Shown in pieces: positions 53,630 to 64,000 of a stretch of 64,000 bases of DNA. The DNA comes from Spongospora subterranea f. sp. subterranea (taxonomy: Eukaryota): the NCBI GenBank assembly GCA_049724395.1, contig JAUGWO010000069.1, forward strand, positions 62,001 to 126,000, written 5' to 3'. The notes beneath the pieces are model-generated. The model was not told the origin of the DNA. It did no database searches and was given only the letters and a program-made list of their open reading frames with translations. Made by a program: the position numbers and the translations under genes. Position 1 is the first letter of the stretch. The number at the start of each line of letters is the position of its first letter.

Positions 53630-54100
53630 AATGGCGGCATCCGTTGTGATCCTGGCGTCTGCCAAATTCCTGATTCACTGCAGTGACATTGATGGCACGA
53701 TCGTCATAAACCATCAAACGCTAAGCATGAAATTCATCATTTTCGTCTGTGAGGAGATTGAGGACGATGCATATGCGGGAATTAACCACATCCACCACCT
53801 GCATTGGTCCAAGCCAACTAACATTGGTCTCGCCTCTCGCGTGGTTGGCGCCTAATATTAGACACAACGAGGACGTAGTCGCTTTTAAGGACCTTGCTTG
53901 TTTTGGCGCAGCGATGCTGTTGACTGCCTTGCCGGGAAAGATTGTCGGCGACAATCTTGTGCATTTGATCCAGAAATATTTGCAAAGCTGACGTGAGTTC
54001 GAAAATACGTTCGGGTGAAACGGAACATCGAGAAGACGGTCGTCATCGGGACAAAAATATCAGAAAGGAGAGACGTCGGAGGAAGTCCTGTCAGGATATT
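53630..54100 (-). mobile_element. Ty3/gypsy integrase C-terminal (GPY/F region) remnant
   Basis: FNILTGLPPTSPF, LDQMHKIV, DYVLV and VSWLGPMQVVDV..HA*RLMVY. Degenerate. Confidence 0.6.
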
Positions 54101-54101
54101 G

Positions 54102-54399
54102 AAGCAGGATTGCTCGACTCCAGGGAATGGTTAATAAACAGATTGAATTGGAACGGATTCCAGCGTGGGGTGGAATATGCTATAAAAGTCTTTATACGTT
54201 TGCGTTTGCGCCAGCACCATGACTGTCCTGATGGCCGTTGATGGGGCTCCCAGCACCCACAACAGACATCCTTATCAACGATCATCAGGCCACTCATGAT
54301 GCAGACGCAAGCGCAAATCTATAACATATTCCACCCAACGCTGGAATCCGTTCCAATTCCATCTGTTTAACCATTTCCTGGAGTCGAGCAATCCTGCTT
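54102..54399. repeat. Imperfect long inverted repeat (arms about 135 bp)
   Basis: aagcaggattgctcgactccagg..aattggaacggattccagcgt pairs with acgctggaatccgttccaatt..cctggagtcgagcaatcctgctt. Confidence 0.95.
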
Positions 54400-54663
54400 G
54401 ACTCACACAGTAGATGAGGCCATGGCGCTATTCAGGGCATTAGGGGGTGATTAATCCTTGTGCCCAAGGAAGTGATATCAGTACGAGGGGAAGCCAAACC
54501 GAGATTTAGCTCAGTACATATAGTCTTGACAACTTTACGACAGCGCGATTTGACGAATTCAACTGTTCCATTCGCCCACGGCGTACAGGCTGTGGTGAGA
54601 TGATAAAGAATATGGAGACGCGAGGAATGTTCGTTGACGACAGAGGGCTTCCTTAATTTGAAA

Positions 54664-55086
54664 ACGTATTGTAGGACAAATCCGAATAGTTAAAACCAGT
54701 TGAGGAGCGAGTCGACAACAGTTAGATGGGTTCGATAAAATTCACATGCAACCAATTTTAGAAAACCCACTGAACCGTCTTTCAGAACAAGAACCGGAAG
54801 AACGTACGGCATAGAGTGAGACGAGAGGTTCCTGGACATAAAAGGATGTCGTAGTGAGGAACTTGGTTGGGTGGATAGTGTGCCTTCATGTACCTCACTA
54901 CGACATCCTTTTATGTCCAGGAACCTCTCGTCTCACTCTATGCCGTACGTTCTTCCGGTTCCTGTTCTGAACGACGGTTCAGTGGGTTTTCTAAAATTGG
55001 CTGCATGTGAATTCGCGAACCCATCTAACTGTTGTCGACTCGCTCCTCAACTGGTTTTACCTATTCGGATTTGTCCTACAATACGT
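54664..55086. repeat. Long inverted repeat (arms about 195 bp, loop about 33 nt)
   Basis: 54664-54859 is the reverse complement of 54893-55086, with the inner 69 bp perfect. Confidence 0.98.
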
Positions 55087-55202
55087 CATACTAAATAAGC
55101 ACTGGTGTGACTGCTTGTGTGGTCGCGAGATGACCCGAAATACCGGAATGGGCCAAGACCATAATGCGGGTAGCTAAAGGCAATGTCGGGATTCATAAAC
55201 AA

Positions 55203-55470
55203 CCTGACGTGGTACTCCACGTCAGGCGAATAGTATCGAATTGACGTGGCTGGTCATCGACTACAGTAGTAGTTACATTAAATGGCAAATGTCAACCATT
55301 TGATTGATCTGCCGCAATTTGCTGTTCATGAAGCCAGACGGATTTGACGTGGCGACGAAGATGAACGTCCTCTGTACAAAGATTCACGAATTTACGATCT
55401 ACGGTAAATCTACGGTAAATCTACGGTATGCAGTACTTATGTACATAGTTCTGGACAAATCTAGAACATA
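55203..55470 (+). promoter_or_regulatory. Putative polyubiquitin promoter with repeated TGACGTGG motifs
   Basis: Palindrome cctgacgtgg-tact-ccacgtcagg at 55203-55226. Further ttgacgtggc copies near 55241 and 55344. TTC..GAA HSE-like stretch near 55450-55470. Confidence 0.45.
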
Positions 55471-55602
55471 TCTATATCAACTTATATCTCCGGATCGTAA
55501 AGTACATTGCGCGGCCATTCACCTTACGCAGTCTGGTCATATTCATTCATAATCCGGTGTCGGTGTCCGATCGTGTGTGAGAGAGGTTAATAGAGTGCAA
55601 CA

Positions 55603-56546
<944 letters not shown>

Positions 56547-56849
56547 ATAAACCTGACCTGGAACTATTCTGTATAGATTGTGTGCAATTTCTGTAGCTGT
56601 TTAATGTTCCCATCGTAAAGTTGCATCGTTTGTTTTGTTCATCATGCAGGATCATCTCGCAACTACCGATCGATAGGCATCAACTGCTACGACAGTGAAA
56701 AGAATATTTTCGCTGGGAGCCGAAATGCCTCAAACCCAAAGGTCCAGCGGAGCGTGCGCGTCTGTGTGGCACCGAGGGAACGGTGATAATCAATATTCCG
56801 TCCCACGGTCGGGCAGGGCTGGACCGGTGGGGGATCACAGCAGTTGACC

Positions 56850-57162
56850 ATGGACAGACGGCAAGTTCTGTCGCTGTACAGGCAGATCATCAGGAACGCG
56901 TCCCGATTTCCCAGCATCAAGCGAGCCTCGCTCGTGGACAATATCAAGCAAGGTCGAGTTCTTTATTTTGTTCAACATGATTGAGCGGGCGCAACATCGC
57001 TAATAATCTGACTCGATGACAGAATTTAGGGATAATCGCCAAGAGAAAGATCCCGAGAAAATTTCGAAACAGATCAGTGCAGCTCGCGATGGGTTAAACA
57101 AGCTGAAAATGTATGTCGACTCGGCAACTGGACGTGGTAGCTGGAAAGTAGATCTTTCTTAG
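56850..57162 (+). CDS. LYR-motif (Complex1_LYR) protein, 2 exons
   Basis: VLSLYRQIIRNASRFP..IKQ|EFRDNRQEKDPEKI. Confidence 0.85.
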
Positions 57163-57260
57163 ATAATACTAGTCACACTTTCCCCATGTTTTTATAAGAG
57201 TCGTGTATTGCCAAAATTCTGGTTCTTTCTGTTGGTTATCGTCTGTTTTTGTTTCACCGT

Positions 57261-60200
57261 TTATACCTCCTGCTCTTCTTCGTGTTTCTTATGCTTGACG
57301 ACGAGTCGGCATTTGATACACCGCCGGAACGGATTCGGGACAATCCAGCTGACAGGGTACGATACGATGGCGAACACGAACGCTTTTCCGGTCGTGTGTG
57401 CCGGCTCCAATTCATGTTTACCTCCGGTTGGACACGCATTCAACCAAACTCGTCTCTCTTTCAGCTTCGCTCGACTGGGATGTGCATCCCTAGGCATTCT
57501 CGCGATTCTTTTGAGTTGCGACTTACTGGGTCTGGGCGGTTGCGACCAGGAATCGATGGCATCATTGGCAGCTGGTGTTGCCGGGGCGTTGGCCTGTTCT
57601 CGAATCCTTGAACTTAATGGAGTGTTCGCCGGGACGGTGCTGCCAACAGAGGAACGCCTGGACAATGACGCCGTCGTCTGCGAACTCAGAGAAGAGCGCG
57701 TTGATCCAGAGGGAGACACCCGTCCTGGTGGACCATGTGTTCGTCAATCGTTCAGTGAGAAAGGGGAATTGAACGACAACGTACCGAGTGCGTTATCACT
57801 AAAGACGGGAACAGTCGGGGAAGATGTCGATGGCGATAACGATGGCCGATTGGTCACCTGAACATATATTAATACCAGTTAACGATAAGAACAAGATCAT
57901 CTAACTACCGAGGATGGCCTCTCGCGTAGATTGTCATTGGTGGAAGGGCGTTGGGTGAAGGTTGGAGTGCCTGCAGAAACAGGTCCAGTTCCATTATCAT
58001 CGACTTCAACGGGATCCTTTGAAGTTGGAGTGGCCATCGCCATAACTGGTGCCTGGTCAGTTTTCCCAAATGATGATCGTGTAGGTATCGCGGGAGACGC
58101 CTGCGAACTGGCAGACGGGCGTGTAGGTTGACCAGGAGGATATAGAGTTGTTGGCGCGTTATTGGACATCTGCGGTTCCTCTGAAGGTCAATAAACCAGC
58201 CGTTAAGACAGGGGTTGAGAGACCAATGGGAGGGGGCATTACCGGCAGGGATAGCTCTAGAGCTGGGGGCGACAACAGGACTGGACACAGGTGCACCAGA
58301 CTCTGGTGACGACTTGACCCCGCTTGTTGACGGACGGTCTGATATAGCGCCATCGGTTGGTAATCGTTTGGTCTCCTGAACAATGATCACTAACGGATTT
58401 GCCTGTTGTAATGAGGAGCTCGTTTTACCGGACGTTGTTGATTTTGAACCTGATCCTGGGACGAAGGTCGCCGGTTCGGAGCCCCTGCAATTAGCCCATT
58501 GTCAGGACGATCAGTTGGAATCCGTTGTTGATCCTGATTCCGAGACGAAGGGCGCCGGTTTGAATCCCCTGCAATTAGGCCATTGTTATCCCGTTCCGGA
58601 CGATCAGTTGGAGTTCGTTGTTGATCCTGATTTTGAGAGGAAGGGCGCCGGTTTGAATCCCCTGCAATTTGGCCATTGATATCGCGTTCAGGACGATCAG
58701 TTGGAATCCGTTGTTGATCCTGATTTTGAGAGGAAGGGCGCCGGTTTGAATCCCCTGCAATTTGGCCATTGTTATCGCGTTCAGGACGATCAGTTGGAAT
58801 CCGTTGTTGATCCTGATTTTGAGAGGAAGGGCGCCGGTTTGAATCCCCTGCAATTTGGCCATTGATATCGCGTTCAGGACGATCAGTTGGAATCCGTTGT
58901 TGATCCTGATTTTGAGAGGAAGGGCGCCGGTTTGAATCCCCTGCAATTTGGCCATTGTTATCGCGTTCAGGACGATCAGTTGGAATCCGTTGTTGATCCT
59001 GATCCTGAGAGGAAGGGGGCCGGTTTAAATCCCCTGTAATTTGGCCATTGTTGTCGCGTTCAGGACGATAATCTGGCTTCAAAGCAGATTGCTTCTCTCC
59101 CACATCATCAATGGAATTACCTACTTCCTCAACTGATGGCCTTCGACTTGTAAGAGCCGGCTCATTGGATTGCCCAACTCGCTCAAATCTGGGTATGTCT
59201 GCTGAGGAATCAGGAGTAGAATCTGGCGCTGTGTTGGTTGAAGGTGTTTGATCTGATTCATCGTCATCGCCAAACATCCCAAATAGGTTCCAGAACTGAT
59301 TGGGTTTATCTTGATCCTGACTAGCGCCAGCTGGTGAGGATCGGGAATCTCTAGGTTTCTGGTTCTATTGGCGTGCCATCATTAGCCGATAAGGTCGGGG
59401 CCTGACCACCATCGGTATCATCTGTTGGCATTTGCCGTTCCGATGAGCGATCGGGAACAGGAACAGGAACAGGGGGAGCGGGACCAGGAGCAGTGGGATC
59501 ATTTGGGGCTGTTGGCGTATCTGGTGATGGCGGAATAGGCTGAGGGCGATTACGGTCGGCGGGAGTCGCTGTTGAGGATCTGGAATCATCGCTAGGAGTG
59601 TTGACCGGGTTATCTGACGACCCAATCGCAGCAGATGATTGAGTGGATTCCGGGTCTTTATCAGTGTTCCTCTTGTCGGGTGTTGTGGGAGTGGCTGGTG
59701 AGGATCGGGAATCATCGCTAGGAGTATTGACCGGGTTATCTGATGACCCAATCGCAGCCGATGATTGAGCGGGTTCCGGGTCTTTACCTGTGTTCCTCTT
59801 GTCGGGATCAGGAGCCGGTTTGTCGTCATTATCACCACCGAATAGATTAGAGAAGAACCCTCCCTGTTTTGGTGTGGATGACCCGGTGGTCGGACCAGGA
59901 ACAGGACCAGGTCCGATGGCGGCTGAGCTATTCTCCTCAGGTGACGACTTCCCATTGTTGATCGAAGAAGGCGTTTCCGTCTGTTCTTGCGACCACGACC
60001 CACGACTATACCATGGTGTATCGGGACGGATTCTTCTCCTACTAGATGGCGCTGGCGTATTGTCAACATTTGCCCGAATAGGTTCTGCCGGACCTGAATC
60101 GTCACGTTTCAATGGCTCAGAGGACGATCCCGTTGGAGTAGCGCCACCCGGCTGGCCGGATCCTGACGGTCGTTTGGTCTGTCTGGGCGGGGGTGGAGGA

Positions 60201-61426
60201 GGAATGGCAACGGGCGCCTGTGGGTTATCGCCATCAACGGAACCGGATGGACTGCGATTACGAGGAGGGGAAGGCGGTGTCGATAGGTCGTCTGGCTGGT
60301 TGGGTTGGCGGGCTGGGTTTGGTGAAGGAGGTGCTGGCGAACCTCGACGGTCCCGATTCGACAACCGCTTCGGACCAAGAGGGGGCGGTGGAATTGGTGA
60401 AGACCCTCCTTTACTAGCACCATTGGCTTGAAACGGATCCGATGGTTTATCAGGTCGTGAATCAGGGGATGGGCGGTTTGAACGGGAATTATTGTTCGGT
60501 TGTGTTGAAGGAGTTGGCCCTGAGTCAGGATTGGTCCCTTGTTTACTCTTCAATCCGGGTTTATCCCGTTCAGATCTACTGATCCGACGGAAATCATCCC
60601 AAGGATCAGCACGTTGGTCAGCAGCGCCATCCATCTGTTTGTCAGGTCGTCGACTGGTGGTTGTGGGCGGTTCGCTGGGTTTATCCACCTTAGGATTAGA
60701 GAAGGGATTACCCCATTTCGATTCGCTAACCGGTTCTGAGCGGTTCTTCGGTTGTTGATCAGATTTCGCCAATGGCATTGAGGTATCGGTCAACGGATCA
60801 GGACGTTTTCGAGTTTGATCGGTCTCAGGTCGTTTACCCCACGACCATCCATTGTTGGCGGTCTCGGGTGGCTTCCCGCCTTGGTCATTATTATCGCTGG
60901 ACAACGGATCGGTTCCCAGCGGGTTCTTCCTCGGTTGATCAGGCTGAGGTCGTGAGAAGGGCGTCGTCGATGAGGCGTCGGCAGCGGGATCGGGAGGAGG
61001 TCGTGAAAAGGGATTACCCCATGACGAGGCGCTGGCCGGCTCTGACGCCGTCTTAACCTGTTCCGGTTTCGTTCTTGAGAGCGGATCACCCCTCGGCTCG
61101 GCTTCTTTCTTAACCCGATTCGCCTCGGGTTTCGCGAACGGATCAGTTCGTTCCGAATTTCCAATCGGATCGTTCCGCTTCGATTCGGAAATATCGTTGT
61201 TGTTGGACACAGTTTCCGATTTGGATGGATCATCTGGTTTGGCGAAATCAGAAGGGCTGACAGAGCTGGCAGCTATAACCGGATCGGTTTTTTTATCTCT
61301 ATTTCTACGACGAGGTTTGTTTTCTTTCGGCTGCAAAACGTCGTCACGTTGATACGCTCTCGGCGCCTGAAAGGCGCCGTCGGCCTCGGCGGCGCTGAAA
61401 TCGAACCAATTCATCTTTCCTTTCAT
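57261..61426 (-). CDS. Very large Pro/Ser/Asp-rich low-complexity protein ending in a BRI3/LITAF-like Cys-TM-Cys module
   Basis: Consecutive minus-strand low-complexity ORFs joined by plausible introns, with one unclear junction near 59355. C-terminus CPTGGKH..TTGKAFVFAIVSYPVSWIV..RRCIKC. Confidence 0.6.
58440..59069 (-). repeat. 93-bp (31-aa) coding tandem repeat, about 7 copies
   Basis: RPERDNNGQIAGDSNRRPSSQNQDQQRIPTD repeated in ORF 58390-59277. Confidence 0.95.
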
Positions 61427-61573
61427 GGTGACTAGAATGGATATGACCCTCCAGTTGACCAGCGGCCGGAACCAGATACAGTAAAAGTAGGAGTCACGCC
61501 CTGATAAAAAAAACAACAAATAAACAATCGGTAATTGGGGGAGAGCACAGCGATTCGGCGCCCCGATACAGTT

Positions 61574-62422
61574 TTATAAATCATCAATGAGCCTGTCGAA
61601 CTCGGCGTCGGAATCCGTTGGCGTCGCTGTAGCTGTTGGATTGGCGTTGCTGGGCACCCTGCTGAGCAGATCGTCCAGATCGGAACCGGACGACGACCTT
61701 CTCCTGACGGGGTCCTGGACTGGAACAGCGCCAGGATGGGCGATGATGGGGGATTCGGGGACGGGAACCGGAGATGGCGCAACGTCGGCTGGGGAAATGG
61801 GGGAGGATTGAGCGGGAAGAGGAGGCGGCGAGGATTCGGCCGGGTTGGAATACGGGGAGGGATCGAGTTCCGGCGGTAGGCGAAGGCGAATGTGCAGCGG
61901 AAGCCGGGAGAGAGATCGGGACAGGTCGTCCAGGTCCAGGGCGAACAGCTGCTGAAGGGAGTCGGCCAGCAGCGCCTGATCATGGGGTTTGTGGTCGAAC
62001 GTCTGCCGGATGGACGCGTCCCAATCATCGGCTGTTGTTGTCGAGGGAAATCAGCCAATTTTCGATCAATGTGAACCGGCAAATCCAAACTAACGGGTCT
62101 CGGTCAGCAATCGCCGCGTCTGTTCCCGGCGAGCTTGGCGATCGGCCCGGATTTCCGACTGCTCATCGACGCCGATATCGTCCAGCGACCGGGCCGCGTT
62201 CGCGCCCAGAACCCGTTTGGAGAACACTCCCGGCTGTACGCGATCATGGTCGGGCGTGTCGGCGCCTCGATCGAAGATGGCGGGCCGATGGAACCCGGAC
62301 CGGGACCTGTGCTCGCGCAGCGACACGCCTTTCGCATGGCGTCCATGGCCGCCGCCTCTGCCGCGGGACGTCGTACCGCCCCCGCGGCTCCCCTGGCCTC
62401 CCCGCCGTTCACCGCCGCTCAT
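61574..62422 (-). CDS. Aven-like protein (RGG N-terminus), 2 exons
   Basis: RGG-rich start and FSKRVLGAN. After the intron: LFALDLDDLSRSLSRLPLHIRLRLPPEL and acidic end DAEFDRLIDDL*. Confidence 0.6.
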
Positions 62423-62658
62423 TACTCAGGGGAATCGATGGGCCCAATCCCTGATCGTTGTCATTAATGGTCAATTCTGCGCGGCCAAACCCCGTCGAAA
62501 CCGGTTTCGCCATCTCGTCATCGATCCCTCGATCGGATCCCGATCATCTCTGATCCATTCTTTCGGAGGATTTATTCACTCCCAGGAACAATCACGTTCC
62601 GATTGGCGGTTTCTGATCGTACTGGGTTCTGATAGGCGGTTGGGTTTTATTTTCGGGT

Positions 62659-64000
62659 TCAGACGGATTCCAGCCAATGCTTGTTCATCACTCTGGCGAT
62701 GAACTGAGCCTGGGGCATATCGCTATTGGTCTTGAGCAGGTTCACCGCCTCGGCCAGCTGCGATCGCTTGGCCTTGCCGGCGATCATGAGCTGTAGTACC
62801 CCACAGCAGGCGCCCCGTTTCCCTTCCCAATATCTGCAACACCAGGCGTCACCACCCCCACGATCAGCCAATCGGTTCCCCCGAGACCTACTCTGGAATC
62901 GGGTCCAATCGCCACAATACATCGAACGCCTTGGCCGCATACGAGTACTCTTTGCACCGATAGGAGTCGTTGGCAATCAGCAGCAGTAGGCTGAATGAGT
63001 TGGCGCTAGTCTCCATCTCCAGGTATTTCTCCCACGCCTGGTTAGCTTGTCCCATATATATATCGATTCGGGCCGACCAAGCTATGAAATCGTATTGTTT
63101 CCTCCTCGTCTAAATCAGCATCATCATTTCCGTCAATATTCATGTGGGCTGGCGGTGATTGCGAGAAATACCTGATTCTGCACGTTGGCCAACGCTTGCG
63201 CCGCTTCAGCGTAGCGCCCGACTTTCGCCAAGGCGACGCCAAAGTTCCAGTTGAACCTTTTGTTGGTGCCGGGGAATCAGTGAAATGTGGTCGATTGACC
63301 TGAATTTGCCAAACCTGTCGTCGTTCTGAAAATAGGTCTGGATACTGGATAGGTAGACGAGGACGTCGTCAAACTGTTGCAGGAGAAAGTAGCAGGACGC
63401 CATCGCCTGTCGCCCAGGGATCGTATCGCACTCGGATGCCGATTCGCCCACCAGCTGGAAGTATTGCTGGGCGAGGTGCAGGTCCTCGGCCGATTGTGTC
63501 AGCTGTCCATGGGCGGCGTGGGCGACGCCCTTCAGGATGTACCTGGAATCGCCAACGAAATCAGAACGAAAACGCGCTGGGGTTCGACGAACGCGGGATT
63601 CCCCACTCTTGCGGCGTCAGCGGTTCGACCTGCTTCATCAGCTTGTACGCCTCCTTGACGTCGCCGACCTTCAGGTAATGGATGCACAGATTGAGGCGCG
63701 CTTCCGGGACGATATCGACCAGCGGGGGCAGCACCTTCAGGGCGTTCTCCCCGGCCCGGAACACGACCATGTTGTGGCTGATCAGGGTGCCGGCGCTGTG
63801 GGTCGTCGTACCGCCCGCCGTCGTCGTCACCGCCGGCTCCCTGTCCGAGTACGCCTGCAACTGCTGGATGGCCGCTTTCCCATCGTACAGGCGGAAATGG
63901 CTGCAGGCCTTGAGGTTGGCGGCGATCACCGAATCCGGGTTCACGAGCAGATACGGGTTGAGGATCTCCAACGTCACCTGATCGCGGTCGTGGTCGATGT
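62659..64000 (-). CDS. TTC26: Intraflagellar transport protein 56 (TTC26), 5'-partial, multi-exon
   Basis: [61 protein letters not shown] and [11 protein letters not shown]. Confidence 0.95.

Noticed and set aside
59790..62702. Long plus-strand ORFs
   Set aside because: Antisense shadows of low-complexity minus-strand genes.

Overview
Gene-dense eukaryotic DNA with many short (about 30-70 nt) spliceosomal introns. A polyubiquitin gene carries one extra residue between monomers, the known Rhizaria (Cercozoa/Endomyxa/Foraminifera) signature, and several flagellar genes are present. Together these suggest a phytomyxid/plasmodiophorid-like protist (inference). Recognisable genes: PUB+CAP protein, TBC1D31, EF-hand protein, TPT/SLC35E transporter, MLH1, G-alpha, ODA-DC2-like protein, two tandem LSM12-like paralogs, EboF-like phosphodiesterase, TPT1, multi-TM RGS protein, TAF4, SMP/C2 protein, HAUS5, MRPL49, glutaredoxin, SMYD, USP36-like, polyubiquitin, LYR protein, a giant low-complexity protein with a BRI3-like tail, Aven-like protein and partial IFT56. 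Two accessory islands (about 39.2-42.1 kb and 46.2-55.1 kb) hold decayed PIF/Harbinger, piggyBac-like, mariner and Ty3/gypsy remnants. The main unexplained structure is at least five mutually unrelated long fold-back inverted repeats (170-420 nt). Four cluster in the TE island and one folds over the start of the second LSM12-like gene, so they are candidate hairpin-RNA/siRNA loci. A stand-alone 64-aa microprotein resembling the ribosome-binding segment of PDCD4 is also notable. Exon boundaries were read by eye and gene ends are approximate.
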